Assembly (NCBI GenBank): GCA_044892525.1
Contig: CM097885.1
Coordinates: forward strand, 215,884,001-215,948,000
DNA from: Schmidtea polychroa
Lineage: Eukaryota
DNA length: 64,000 nucleotides
Direction of reading: 5' to 3'
Shown here: positions 24,827-42,135 of the stretch, one piece after another
Layout: each line of letters begins with the position of its first letter
Position numbering within the stretch: position 1 is the first letter of the stretch
The notes under the pieces: model-generated
Database searches by the model: none
The model's input: the letters and a program-made list of their open reading frames with translations, nothing else
Told to the model about the DNA's origin: nothing
Translations under genes and position numbers: made by a program

Positions 24827-25217
24827 ATGGCCCATAAAAGTAATTATATAAAACCCTGCTTCTCGTGTTCAGACAAGAACATGGTCATACGAACACAACA
24901 AGAAGAAATCGCACTGTTAAAGAAGAAGCTCGATCTTCTGGAGGGCACCTGATTCATCCTCGTCCAGAATGAATCCAACCAGAAAGCGGTGAAATTGGAG
25001 CCCTGCTGTAACAATCTCCTCGAAGAAAATCAACCCCAACGTACCTAGATACGGGAGCAGTCCCAGGCTCTGTTTCATGCGTACACCAAGAACTAGCTCG
25101 AGGCTCGGATCACGAGGCTGCCTTAGGCCGAAAAATGTCAAATCACTTTTTCACCCGTCTATCGCCAACATTACTAATACGGTAAAACAAATCAAAATAT
25201 TCCAGATAAACCCAACA
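24827..25217 (+). pseudogene. Degenerate subtype-B LEGTWF gene followed by family terminus AAACCCAACA
   Basis: MAHKSNYIKPCFSCSDKNMVI...LDLLEGT*F...IREQSQALFHAY aligns with the 14212 ORF; terminal motif at 25208-25217. Confidence 0.75.
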
Positions 25218-25607
25218 AAGGTAATATATTTTTGACAAAAATCTTCTTTTAGATGGAGCTCATATAATAGATCATTTAAAATTATTTTAGTATTTACCAA
25301 AAAACAATCTTAATACCAATGAAGCGAGTTCTTTTGCTTAAATCACTTATAACAAAATTTCTTATAACAAAATTTATATTACTAAAAACATCAATAATTA
25401 ATTCTAAGAAAAATTTTCAGATTTGAAATAAAATATTATTCCAAATTATTACATTTTTGATTATTTGTTTAAACCTAATATTTTAATTTCAAATTTTATT
25501 AAGAGTTAAAAATTAATAAATTATAGAAATATTGTTTACTGTATTATTAAACTATTTTTGTAAATAAATTATTAAATAATTATTAAAATATACTACAATT
25601 TTAGATA

Positions 25608-26456
25608 ATGTTGACAATATCATCAAAGGTTTCTTTAATCGGCATGTTATGTGGAATTTTCCAAATTGCTATTGTGAAATTTTTTTATGTTTTCGGAGTT
25701 CAAAATTACATTCCAATTGCAGTACCTGTAATGTTTATTATATCATCGTATTATTTTATTTCTCACTTTCAAAGCAACACTGACAATTTTCAGAAATTGA
25801 ACTTTTTCTGTGCATTTTTACTAGGAAGCATAACATCAATGGCTATTTTTCTTATGCTCAATCTGCCAAATCATTCTATTTTTGCGATATATATCATACA
25901 GTTGTGTTTTTTCCACTGGTCCGAGTTTTTTTTGTCGTCTCTGAGTAATCCTAATGGACTTAAAATCGATCTTTATATGCTTAATCATTCTACAGAATAT
26001 AAAATTGCTTTATTATTAAGTGTTTTTGAATATTGGACAGAAAAAATTTATTTTCCGGAGGCTTTTGAAAAGCTCAGATGGCTGTCTTATTCAGGCTTGC
26101 TTATTAGTATCCTTGGTGAATTGTTGAGGAAAATATCTTTATGGACAGCTGGTCAAAATTTCAATCATTACGTGGAATTTAGAAAACGTGATGACCATGT
26201 ATTAGTTCGAAATGGAGTTTATAATTGGTTTCGACATCCTTCTTATGTTGGATGGTTCTACTTCAGCGTAGGAACTCAAGTGGCCTTATTAAATCCAATC
26301 TGCTTGATTGGTTATACCGTAGCTTCATGGTCATTTTTTTACAGTCGAATTTATGAAGAAGAGCAATGTTTACTTCGTTTTTTTGGTGAAGATTATTTGA
26401 ATTACCAAGAAGAAGTTGGTACAGGATTGCCTTTTATTCGAGGTTTTCGTAAATGA
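25608..26456 (+). CDS. ICMT: Protein-S-isoprenylcysteine O-methyltransferase (Ste14/ICMT), intronless
   Basis: 282-aa multi-TM ORF with FFHWSEF, LLNHS-like MLNHSTEY, TAGQNFNH, HVLVRNGVYNWFRHPSYVGWFY and RIYEEE..L..FFGEDY...TGLPFI. Confidence 0.97.
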   Translation: MLTISSKVSLIGMLCGIFQIAIVKFFYVFGVQNYIPIAVPVMFIISSYYFISHFQSNTDNFQKLNFFCAFLLGSITSMAIFLMLNLPNHSIFAIYIIQLCFFHWSEFFLSSLSNPNGLKIDLYMLNHSTEYKIALLLSVFEYWTEKIYFPEAFEKLRWLSYSGLLISILGELLRKISLWTAGQNFNHYVEFRKRDDHVLVRNGVYNWFRHPSYVGWFYFSVGTQVALLNPICLIGYTVASWSFFYSRIYEEEQCLLRFFGEDYLNYQEEVGTGLPFIRGFRK

Positions 26457-26611
26457 TTACATTATTTAACGATCTAACAATGATGGCTTTTTCTCGGCTG
26501 TCGTGAACTGATATTTTCTATATTTTTCAATAAATAATTTGTTAAAAACTTATTTTTTATTTAAAAACATTTTTGTGATTTTGTTTAAATATTTACTGAG
26601 TTAATTTCAAA

Positions 26612-29513
26612 ATGGTCGGTGAATGTGTATGTTTATTAATTATCTTAATTGATATATTAGGCTGTTACTCTTCATACTGATTTGGGAGATATTAAATTAG
26701 AATTGTTTTGTACTGAGGTTCCTCTGGCAACAGAAGTAAGTTTTATCAAAACAATTTCACCGTAGGTTATTGATAAATATATACAGAATTTCTTGGCATT
26801 ATGTGGAAGTGGTTATTATGATAATTGCATTTTCCATAGAAATGTTAAGGGATTTATTATTCAAACTGGTGATCCAACAGGAACTGGAAAAGGAGGTCAG
26901 AGTATTTGGAAGAAACCGTTCAAAGATGAATTTCATGAAGATTTAAAAGTAAATTCAATATTTTAATATACTTTCAGATTTACTAAAATTTATATTAATC
27001 ACTTAAAGTGATTTAAATATATTTAAGATTTTGGTGATAGTTGTAATATAATCAATTTTAAATGTAATTAAATTGTTATCTACTTTAAGAAATACCGAAT
27101 ACAACCATTTTTGATAACACTAAGCATAATATATAATAAATATACTTCAAATGCACAATAGTTTATTTGCATAATCAAGATTTTACAAAATACTATTTTG
27201 AAATAATTAATTCAAATTTTGGATCTAGGATTTTTAATTTGTACAAAGATACTTAATTTTATTTTTTGAAAATTAATTCATTTTAAAATCGATAGTTTGA
27301 CATTAGGTGTCTAATAATCGGTAATATGCTTCTTCTTTATCATCGTCAAAAAATTATTTGTTATTTTAAATTATTTGAAAATTTCCCTATAATTTTCTAA
27401 TAAAAAGGAGATAATAATATTATTTTTTAATGTTTGAAATCTTTTATATTTGTCCTATATTTTTATTTGTTAACTTCAGTGCAACCTTTTGAATTTTTTG
27501 TAACATCAAAATTTCTAACAAAAATGATTAATTCGGTAAATATTTGTTTCATTGAGATTTTTAGTCTACCTTTCAACCTTAATGGAGGAAATCCATTTTT
27601 AATTAGTTCAGAAAGGAGTTTTTAACCCGTCAAAATGACGGATTTTTTTCATGTTTGAATTTCAATTTTAGATAATTAGTCATATTTATGTCAGCAGTTT
27701 ATAAATCAAAACATAATTATTTTCTAGAAATCTATTTTAATATTCCAAATATATCAATAACTAATAAATAATTAGTATTGATTTTAAACATTTAAATAGC
27801 TTCGAATAGTTTGTAAATACGATTTTAATAGTTTATATTTGATATATAAAATAATACAAAATATCATCTAACACGAATACAATTTCAGTTTTATGAAAAT
27901 TTCCTGTCAAGAAGAAATTCAATTTTTGACGTTAAAAGGTAACTGGAACTCTGTCTCTATCGAAATTAAGCTTTCTAATTTTCATCTTCATAGATTTTTA
28001 GTTATGCATTCTAAAAATTTCATGTCTTTCCAGCTATTATATTTCGCGGTACTTCTGTGTTATCTTACCCCCAAAAATTAAATTAAAAAAGAACACAATT
28101 ATTATATTTATTTTCTAAATCACAATTACAAACTCAGCAAATGTTTGTAAAGAGTTTGTAAATGGTCATCCAGGTGGCTAGCAAACCACAATGTCGTTGA
28201 GAATAGTGTCGAACACATCGGCACTGTTGCTTAGAACACGTTTGCGCCACATAAACTCGCACATGTACGAGTCAATCATCTGTCTATGAGTTCCATTTTG
28301 TCGTTTGTTCCTTTCCTTTGCCGCCCTCCACGTTCTCTCAATTGTTTGTGCGTGGGCACCGGTAACAGGGTTTACAAAATTTTGTGAATGGTTAACGGTG
28401 CTGTGTGTGTAACCTTGTCCTGGTATCTCAGCAATTCCAGCGTACGCACTCCACTCGTCCAATACGATGTTACTCCCTGGTGCAATAGACTGAGTTATTA
28501 TTGGCGTCAAAGTAGCTGCAGTGGGACAGTGCACAAAAAACAATCACCAGTTTCTTTACAGATACCACCAAAAACCCATTGTTGGGGAAACACACGACCA
28601 ACTTGTTTTTTGCGCCGTGAAAATAAACTTTCATCTATTTCAACTGTTGTGTTAGGATCTCCAATTATCATTGGATTAACCAGTAATGTATTTGCACGGA
28701 GATACATGTTCCAGTCAACGACACTGCTTTCGCCAATATCTAGTTCATTTTCGCAGAAATTAATACTTGTCAACTGCTTTGACCAACAATAAAATTTGTC
28801 TAAAAGCCAAATTGGAGCCTTGTAACCAAGTTCCTCGTCGAACTTGTACATCTTTCCGGCATTCACATTTCTTACAACGCCAGCGGTCGTGATGATCATT
28901 AAGTGACAAAGTCATGGCGTGATTATTGCTACAAATATGCGGGTTGTGCAAAATTCTATGTTGCTGCAAAAACTGCACAGCACTGGCTTTTTCATTTACT
29001 AAAGCTGATAGCCTTAATAAATTCATGCTCAATAATGTTCAATAACGTCATTAATAATGTATTCTTTCATTTTTTATATTGTTATTTTAATTGTATTTTA
29101 TAATTTAATTTTTGGGGGTAAGATAACACGGAAGTACCTATTTCGCTTTTTGGGTAATGTTCAAATATAATCCGTGAATGGGCTGTAGTTATTTTATTAT
29201 TTAGCACAATACTCGAGGCATTGTATCGATGGCGAATTCCGGTACTAATATCAACAGTTCCCAGTTTTTTATCACTTATTGCAAGCAATCGATGCTGGAT
29301 ATGAAATACACTGTTTTTGGAAAGTATTCGAAGTTCTTCAGTTAACGGAATATTTGTTACGTAATTTTCCCTAGAGTAATCGATGGGTTTGAAGTTTTGG
29401 ACGAATTGGAAAAATTACCGGTTGAAGAAAAAACTTATCGTCCATTGACAAACGTGAAGATAATAAATGTGACAATGCATGCCAATCCGTTTGCTGAAGG
29501 AACGGTGGAATAG
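26612..29513 (+). CDS. PPIL3: Peptidyl-prolyl cis-trans isomerase-like 3 (cyclophilin); exons 26612-26614, 26661-26735, 26787-26948, 29205-29323, 29375-29513
   Basis: GT-AG splicing gives [18 protein letters not shown]...[37 protein letters not shown]...[11 protein letters not shown]...SQFFITY...[24 protein letters not shown]...MHANPFAE. Confidence 0.96.
28048..29138 (-). mobile_element. Merlin (IS1016/ISXO2-like) DNA transposon in PPIL3 intron 3, with frameshifted transposase
   Basis: ~38-bp TIRs GGTACTTC(T/C)GTGTTATCTTACCCCCAAAAATTAAATTA and an 8-bp TSD TATTTCGC on both sides. Transposase motifs [12 protein letters not shown]...QWVFGG, DEWSAY and [23 protein letters not shown]. Confidence 0.95.
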
Positions 29514-29888
29514 AACTTTTTGATGTAAATATATTAATTTTTGTCCATTTAAATTTTTACGAGAAAATAAACTAGTAAATAAGTGTTCCGTTTTTGAGCG
29601 CAATGTTTCGATATTTTCAAAATTGCCTTTTCCAGCTTATTTAGTCAGGGGTTTTTATTATCAATCTGGATTCATCCGACTTCCAGAAAAATTAGCTAAT
29701 GAATTTCCAATTAGCGTGACCAGATGTTCCGTTTTTTAGCACAATGTTTTGAGAATTGTTTTTGGTTGCTTTTTTGCTCAATTTTTTTAATAAATTCAAA
29801 TACTACAGTGTTGTTTCCTTAATTTTCCTATTAGACATTTTGGCTATTAAATGAACTTATAAATGGCATTATTGGAGTTTGTTTAGAC

Positions 29889-29960
29889 CAGCGTTTCCAA
29901 AAGTTTTTTCACCGCGGCACCCTTTTTGATTTCAAATTTTTGGCGGAACCCTATTTACAA
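29889..29960. mobile_element. hAT-type terminus / MITE end
   Basis: CAGCGTTTCCAAAAGTTTTTTCACCGCGGCACCC...GGCGGAACCC resembles Buster/Charlie termini; the partner end was not found. Confidence 0.45.
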
Positions 29961-30627
29961 AAATCTTAGAATTTTAATATCGGGAATATTAATATGAGCT
30001 ATAGTAAAAAAAATTACAAAAAATAAAATAAATTTATTCGATTGTTGATTAATAATATAAAAAAAATTAAACTTATGAATGTTATTAGTGTGAACAGTGT
30101 TGTTGTTTGTTTTCCTTGTTATATCTGGATTTATTGTTGTTAATTGGATGTGCTGTTACCTTACAACTACTTCCCCTTAAGTTTCTGCCGGGTCCTTGAA
30201 TGATTTTAGAACGTCTTACGTCCACGTATTTGAATTTCTTTTAGGACGGAAAATCTAAACCTGAAGAAGAACAGTTTTCTGCCAATAACCATGTGTCTAC
30301 TCCTTTTATTTTTCTCTAACAACAAAAAAGAAATTCTCAAGATGAAAAATAAATAACAAAGAAATTTTATTGTATTAGTACTATAACGTTAAATTCAGAA
30401 AATATAAGTCAGATCACGCGTAGGTACAATATCTGCCAACAGGGAATCCATATTAACTCGTCCTATGATGCTTGCAATAAAAGGCTTCTCCACAGTCAGG
30501 TCTGGAGTATCGATAGAGTCGTGAAGCTGTATGAAGGCGGAGTTTTATTTCCGTCTTACAAAGATTTTGCCTCTTCGGCTTGAGAACTACTGACACTGGG
30601 GTAGACGTGCTTAAATCAATGAGTGTA

Positions 30628-31600
30628 TGTTGGGTTTAACCGGGGTTAGAACATGAGAAGAAGTCGCCAACGATGAACATCCGACACAAGATGTTGGGAG
30701 TGAGAGTTACGACTGGAACCAAATCGTTTTGCTCGACAGCCATGAATCCAGGTATGTGAGTCACGAGCTCGCGAGCTGTTTAGACATGATACAGAGCTTG
30801 AGATTTCTCTTATACCAAGGCGCTTGGGCTCTGCGTTCCGTGATCACGACATTGCTCCAGGCGATGTACTCTTTTTTGGCTCTTCACATGGATGGGAGTG
30901 AACCAAGTTCCTTCAAGACGATCAATTTTTGCTCTTGGCAGTCGACTTTTTTATCTCAGGCGAGTATTCATTGCATTCTTCTCAACTTTAGAGCATTGGA
31001 TTTGTTTGCCATTATGTCTGCAAAATAAAGGAAGAAAGGAATCAAATTAATATGATTGGATTTTTTGATGCAGTTGTCAGATATATCTTATCACATTTAT
31101 CGGGATGTTGAACTCGACGCCTTTCGGGAGGGGTATCTGAGTTAACTGATGATTATCTGGGGTTAATACTAATATGTTTTTTTCGCGTATGATATTTCCT
31201 ACATTAGGCATTATTAGTGTTTACAAAATATGTAACCATACAAAATAAATTATATACTAAATTTAGTAATTGTATTGGTCTTACAAAATGGAAAATTCGT
31301 TGAAGTTCGTCCGTCGAGAAATCATGAAGGGGGTACTCCCCAAAAATTGCTGTCTTCCGCCTCCGCCATTCTATACTCCATATTTTCTATGTTCTATATG
31401 GTTTTTTACTATACTAAAACTAATAACTACCTTACCACAACTTTTCCAATCAAACTTGATCGAACAAATCCCAAATCCAATGTCTCTTGATAATGTGAAC
31501 CGTTTGTGTCTTCAATTTTTATTTGTTGCAAATCAACCACCTGATAAAGGTACTATTATTTTGGACTATTAATTTTTAACCTATCCTCCATCTAGAATAT
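30628..31600 (-). mobile_element. Minus-strand remnant of the giant LTR-like family with a degenerate LEGTWFTP gene (~30760-31012)
   Basis: Minus strand reads MANKSNALK...KIDRLEGTWFTPIHVKSQKRVHRLEQCRD...EKSQALYHV and ends TTAAACCCAACA at 30628. The 5' limit is uncertain. Confidence 0.7.
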
Positions 31601-32722
31601 GACTCAGCATGGAGAATATACTGATGATTATTTGCAACAATACCTACATGTGCTCAATTAGAAAACCTGTTCATACTAATTTCCAGCTCATCAATACCCT
31701 AATTCAATATCAATACATAATTAAACCTCTATAACAATCGTAATTAATACCAATTTAAACAAGTACAACTATGAATCCAATCAAACATCGATATCCAATC
31801 CAGTCCAAGTTTATCCCATTTTGCCTTGATGAAACCATATAACAACTGATGAATCCAATCAAACATCAATATTCCTGTCTAATCTACTCCAAACAACATT
31901 GCTCTATACCATACATAGCAAGTCTATGTGTATATCAATTTTACAGATCAATTCAATGTTCTAAGACTTGAGCTCCAGCTTAGTGTTCATAGATTACAGA
32001 AAAAAAACTTTAGGAACCTGAATAATTGAGAACTTTTCCTTGTTATTATTAAAATTTTTCTGTAAAATCAATAAATCACGAAGGCAGGCAGACGATGTAG
32101 AATTTTACTATTGGAGCAAGGTCGGTGCATATTTTAAGGCTTTGTTTTAAGCTAGTGAGCAGTGACTCAGATTCGAAGTCAAATTATAATCGCCAGATGA
32201 CGTTGGAATTTGCAGTTAATTCAATTAATTGGTTTAATATCTTATCTTTGATCTATGCTGACGTCATTAGTCTCATTGTCAAGTTTCTGTCTGTCATCGT
32301 TGTTGATATTATGTTGAGATTTTTCGAATAGATTAAAAAAAAGTTTTTTATAATAAGAACTTAAAATTATTGTCTATCAGATTTTCAATGGTTCTATGAA
32401 AGTTTATTTTGAAAATCTAGCAGATGGGCCCAGAATTTGAAGTTGCGCCACTTATGGTATGACTGCGTTTTTTAACACACTAAAACAAATTGAAACTCAA
32501 TTGTCGATTTCTACATTTTATTCTGAATTTTTGATCTGAATTTATAGAAATTAAAGATTTTAATGATAATATTTAAAGTATAATTATTTATATTAAAAAT
32601 TTTATCTATAAAATTTTTCATTTCTAAAATAGATTACAATATATTTATTTTATTTTATTATTTATATTTAAATAATATGAATTTGTTTTACTTATTGCTA
32701 CCTAGTTAAAAGTAACTGTAAA

Positions 32723-36345
<3,623 letters not shown>

Positions 36346-37094
36346 TTAACAATTTCGGACTGATTCGCAATGTTTCAGTAAACCAGCCATCGAAAGTCGA
36401 AGCAAGATAACAAATCGTGTTTCAGCCGTGAATTTTTATGTTTTCTGTGAACATTGTGATTTATAAAAAAATAAAAATCTTTACTCTTATTATTAGAAAT
36501 GTAATAAATATTGAAACTTCATTTTTCGTCAACTTTAAATGAGTTAATTCGGATTTATATATACTTTTGAAGAACTATGAATGTAGTGCTTCTGACTTTC
36601 AAATTAATAAATATATTAATTTAATAATTAAATTTCAAATACATTATTAAATTATTAAAATTAAAATACATTATTTTAATATTCTTATAAACACACTTTG
36701 TTTCAAACATCTTCATCTTTTTAATCAAAAAAAATGTGCTCAAAACTCTCGAATTGGAACAATTTGTTGATCAACGGAATGCTTAACTTATACATCAAAT
36801 ATACATTGTAAATAAGAAATCTCTTAAAGCTGCTGCTGATACTTCTACTCGTCGTCAGATCACAGGACATGCAGTCAATGGATAAATCAAGTTCAAATTA
36901 AGAATTACGTTTGGATAATGGAAACCACCATCACAATTGAATTTCTAAACAATCAGAAATCGTGAGTCATATTCAATGAAATGTAATGCGATTCCTAAAT
37001 TCGAAAATACCCGATGCGTTTTGGACAAAGATGTAGAATCCAATAAATATGTTGGGTTTTAGATTAATTCAAGTCGGTTCTCTCTGACTCCTAG

Positions 37095-38143
37095 TGTTCT
37101 TTAAATCAAAACAATGAACGACCCAACGTATATTGAAACAACAGGTTCACAATTTATTATCACCACTTTACAATTACTAACCAAAATTTTATACGATTCG
37201 CCGCTCGGCGTTGATGCTTTGCAAACAAATAATATTCACATTTTATTCCTTTAGATTCTCTTGACCCACGTTTTCCTCGGTTTCTGTTTGATTTGATTCC
37301 TTTTTCACCTTTCCGTATTCCTAATTCTATTTCTTCTTTTCCCTACTTTCCCTAATTCGTTTCCGCCTTTCCCTAAGCTCTGTTTCTTCGAACCTTAGCT
37401 GAGGCAAAATGCCGATCTTCTCTGATTTTCCCTTTCCTTATATACTCCTCGAAATCAGGATGACAAATGGTTATTGCCGAGCCAATCTTTCATTTGACAT
37501 TTGCTCCTACGTATTTGCTTCGGCTGTCATCCATAATGGTCCAACGAATCCAGATAATTAATAACCCTTCCGGTCTTCCTACGCGCGCTATCTTCTCCTT
37601 GCTCTTTTCCCATTAATCATTGTGTCAAGCTAATGGGCCCAAATCTTCCTTCTGTTTGCTTTTCTTCTTGTTTACCCAGCTCGGGTTTCCTTTATCTCTC
37701 GGGTTCTCCATTGGCTCGGGTTTCCCATTAGCTCGGGTTTTCCATTAGCCAATTAATTAATTAATTAACGTTTTCTGTTTTCATACATTTGAATGTTTTT
37801 CGACCATTCCTAACCATTTTCTGATAAATCCCTAATCATCATCTTGTTGACCATTAGCTAATCTATACCTGTATCGTTTTTCCCATTCGATTTCGATGAT
37901 TTTTCCATTTATTGATTTTTCTCGGATTTCCGGATTCTTGCCTTTCGTAATTGCTTTTGGCATTTTCTAATACTGTTTCCATCACACTTTCCTTTACTAT
38001 TGATTCTGTGCGTGATCCCGCTTTTATTTGTCTTTTTTCTTCGCTTACTTTCTATTTGAATTATTATCCTAAATTTTATTTAAATTTTAATTTTAATTTA
38101 CAGACCTCAACAAATACATTATTCCGATTATTATGTTTCTACA
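37095..38143 (+). mobile_element. Probable ~1.05-kb 5' LTR of the downstream Gypsy element
   Basis: TGT...ACA bounded segment immediately followed by PBS-like TTGGTGTCA (38145); contains CTCGGGTTT triplet repeats. No matching 3' LTR was seen. Confidence 0.5.
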
Positions 38144-38144
38144 A

Positions 38145-40780
38145 TTGGTGTCAAAATTGATAAAGGTAAATCTTTTTTTTAGCATAAAAAGTTTAAATTA
38201 TATCTATAATTTGCACATTTTCCATGACTAAAATTTATATATAATGTATTCGCGACGTTTGATTATCATTTTATCTCCTCCTTTCCAAAACCCAAAAAAG
38301 CCAACCTTAATTAATAACAAAACGGTAAACATCACTATCCGCCACAACAACCTTTTGTATCAAGTCTGTGTAACCTCAGATTTCACGAAAGACCTATCAA
38401 AACATTTTTTAATAAACAACGAATTTTTCGTCTTAAATAACGGAGCTCCATCATTGACCATTTTTTAATCCCGGAACATTTCTTAGTAACACTTTTTATC
38501 AGGACAAGAGGTGGTGGCAAAACAAACATTGACCATCACTCATCCATATCCATCCTTAGACCCAGTTGCACTCTATCATCTTGGTTCCGCATTTTTGAAT
38601 CGCGCACAAACGCCAACCCAAAAACAAGGCGACCTCCTGTTTGACGCAATACCTGACGAGTTAATGTCAGAATTAAGTTCACAAATAGCCGACACATTAG
38701 ACTCAGAAAGTTCATATGTGTCCATCAAAATAGTGATACAAAAGAATATTCATCCACACGCACTTCCGCAATCGAAAAACTATCAGAACCCCTCCATAAG
38801 CAGGCCCCATCATCATTTTCATCCCAATTTGTACAAGAACTTGAAAACGCTGGACTATCGAAGAACACTGCTCTTCTATGTTACTATTTTTTAACAGCGA
38901 CCCCACGTCACGTCCAAACGTCACTTCTCGTCGTCAATTCAGACGATCCTTTCCACTTGGAAAAATTGCAGATAAACTGGTCACCAGACCACCTATTCGA
39001 AACACACCCACTTCCATCTCATTCGTTTCTGATCCTTCACTGCAAGAACAGATATCTTCCTTGACAAGAGCTATTGATGCGATAATTAATCCTTGTCGAT
39101 AATCTTCACACTCAGGCCGCCTGGCGACAACCGTCAACTCAATCAAGTGACTGCTCACGACACATATCCAATGCCACTTATCAAAAATCTAATAACATGC
39201 TTTACACAATTCACAATATTTTCAACTAAAGACCTCTCGATAGCCTATCATCAGGTTCTCAAAACTAACGTCACCAGATCATTTGAAAATTTCGAATACA
39301 CGTGCATGCCTTTCAGTCTAAGAAACGCAGCTCAGTCCTTACAACGCTTCATGGACACAATTTTCAATGACATTTCCCGTGCTTTTGCATACATTTAGCC
39401 TCACCTGACCGCGACACTCACACCAAAGATCTGCACAAGGTTCTTCACATATCATATAGAAATAATTTACAGATCAACGTAAATACATAAAAATTCTTAT
39501 AAAAATGCATCCGATTCCTTGGCCACATACTTTCATATACGGGTTGACAGATTTTCCCGAACGCCTTGACTTAATCAGCTGCTTTCCACTACCCATCACT
39601 GTCACACTACTACGTAGCCTTTTTGGGTATTGTCAATTTCTGTCACAGATTCATAAAAAAACGAATCACACAACCGCACCTCTTTCAGCACTGAACAAAG
39701 GAAAGAAAAATTCCACCATTAACTGGTCTGACACAACACGGTCAAAGACGCTCTAGCCAAGATTAGAACTCTTCACTACCCTTTCCATTCACTTTCACAA
39801 CTGATACATCAAATATTGCCACTGGCACTTCTTCATCAAATTAAAGATAATATTTCATTCCAAATAGAATTTTTCTCTAGAAAATTTTCATCAGCGAGTC
39901 AAAGTATAGCGCATTTGACAGGGAATTACTTGCTACTTTTCTAGCTGTTAAGAACCTTGTTCACATTCACAATTCACAATCTTCACTGATCATAAGAGTC
40001 TTATCCACTGCCTCACCACAAAAGACCCATTAAACAGGTTACACCTTCAGAAAACATAGCTATCATCTTTGGACATTAGGTTCGTTCATGTCTGCGGTGA
40101 GGATAATGTGTTCGCTGATTATCTTTCTAGAAACATTTCACCATCTATCTCATCAACCCCAGTCCTTACTCAAGATATTCTCTGTTAAACCTCGCCTATC
40201 TCAGAAGATCTCGACTACTTCAAAGACTCGCTACAGACAATAGACGGTATACATTATGATACAATGTATAAAACACTCAGAAACCAATCCTACACTCTAC
40301 GCGTCATACAGAAAGATTTCTTGCTATTCACAAATTTAGCCCTTAAGAATTAGGGCCATATACCACCTCCTACGCCAAAATTTCACATGGTTCTCATTTT
40401 CAAAGGTGTAAAACAATGGGTGTCCGAATGTTAAGGCTGCCAACAACAAAAAGCGAACCGACACACTAAATCACAGCTCACCACTTTCTCAACGGGTTCA
40501 AGATTCAACACACTTCACATTGACCTAGTCGGCAAACTCCCAGTATTCGATGATTGATAATGACTGATCAGAAAACACGCTGGTTTAAGGCCGTTTTTGT
40601 CCGTGACATCATCACTCTATCGGTCGCACATGCTTAAGTATCCACTTAGTTCTTACGTTATGGAATCCCAACCTTTATCATCACAAACCATGGAGCCCAA
40701 TTCGAATCAGATCTTTTTGAACATCTTACATCCAGCCTCGGCATCAAACACTTAAAAACTAATTCCTATCATCCACAATA
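38145..40780 (+). mobile_element. Decayed Ty3/Gypsy internal region (gag, RT, RNase H, integrase)
   Basis: RT DTYPMPLI...FSTKDLSIAYHQV and MPFSLRNAAQSLQRFMD; RNase H FSRKFS..QKYSAFDRELLA..AVK and FTDHKSL; integrase HIDLVGKLP, ITNHGAQFES and TNSYHPQ. Confidence 0.92.
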
Positions 40781-42135
40781 TATACACATATACTTTTCAA
40801 GGCAATATCTCATGGGTCATAGTCCTACTGTAATTATGTCTTAATTTTTACTAGATTCTGTTCCAATATTTTCTTTTGAAACTATATTTTCTGCATTTGA
40901 ATCATCTGAATCTTGCGATTTCTCAATTTTATCTGGTGCGTTGGAATTAAAGTCTGAAATACTATAGGAAGAAGCTAGATATTGGGTTGATTTGGTGTTT
41001 GTTCGTCTGTTCTCGAATTGAACTCTGGAGAGTTGAATGGTGATTGTTTCTATAAGTTTTATCATGCCCACTAAAAAATCGTTTTAAAAATCGATTTTAA
41101 AGTGACTTTGGTACCCGCAACTCAACCTTAACTTGCTAATTTTGAAAACATTCTTATCTCAACTAAGAGAGTATGTGGACGAGAGTCATCATATTACACT
41201 AATAATTTCGAAATAAACAAAATTAATTCCATCTGAAATTAAATTAATTAGAAGTATGTCAACAATGCCAGTTTGAAAATTCACAAAATTAAATGCAGAA
41301 TACTTTCATAGAGTGGCATAGAATGCGTGGCCTGGGCACATTATTTAGTACAATAATGTCATTTTTTGTTTATTAATTACGACTGGTCGAAGTATGTGCA
41401 TTTTGTTAAACTAGCTCTACAAGTTTATACAATCATATAGTCATATGGTTCTAAATTCAGTGAATCACCAGCAACTTAAAATATTACACGAAGTTAAAGG
41501 AAAGATGATTCTTATTTGAGGCCGAATAACTATTGCCATCGAGTTCCTAAGTTGACCAATGGACTCAGATAAATAAAATCTGTCGAGGGAAATAAAAATT
41601 TTCTAATGAATTTCTTTCAAAGAAATGCTCTACATCAAATGAGAATCATAAAGTAAAGTGATTGAAAATCAGTTATATCCCAGAAAGTATAAATAAGTAA
41701 ATACATCAAATCCTGTAGAAAAACTACCTAAATTTTCCAGATACCACAAACCTAGACGAAAAGTTGAAAAAAAAGCTGGAAAAAAGCTGAAATATCATAA
41801 TAAGAAGCAAGAGCAGATATCTGTTCAAATTTTTGAAAGAAACTGACACAGAAAAGTGAGATATACTGTTAGGAAATAACTAGAAAATAATCCGTTTGTT
41901 ATAAAGATAGCACAACGCTAGATTAAGAAAGAATAGCAAACTTCATTAGATTATAATTTTTAAACGTGTTAAAAAATCTGAAATCTAAATTTATATTTGA
42001 TAAATTCTCTTAAAATAAATATTTTCGTATAGTCGATTCAGAAATAAAATTCTAAAGGAAATTAAAACTATTTAATGAAACCTTGTTTTAATAATTCTTT
42101 AAAGATTTATTTAAAATCAGTTTCAAAACTATTAT

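Noticed and set aside
13750-31860. CTGATGA hammerhead cores (e.g. 13754, 17464, 18294, 24482, 31621, 31847)
   Set aside because: I found no flanking stems with a correctly placed GAAA; they are probably chance matches in AT-rich DNA.
36720-37060. Possible rRNA fragment or exons of a minus-strand gene
   Set aside because: No diagnostic rRNA sequence was recognised, frames are short, and I could not build a spliced model.
40841-41071. Ser/Asp-rich minus-strand ORF as a gene
   Set aside because: Low-complexity, no recognisable domain. It could be an exon of an unannotated gene but is unsupported.
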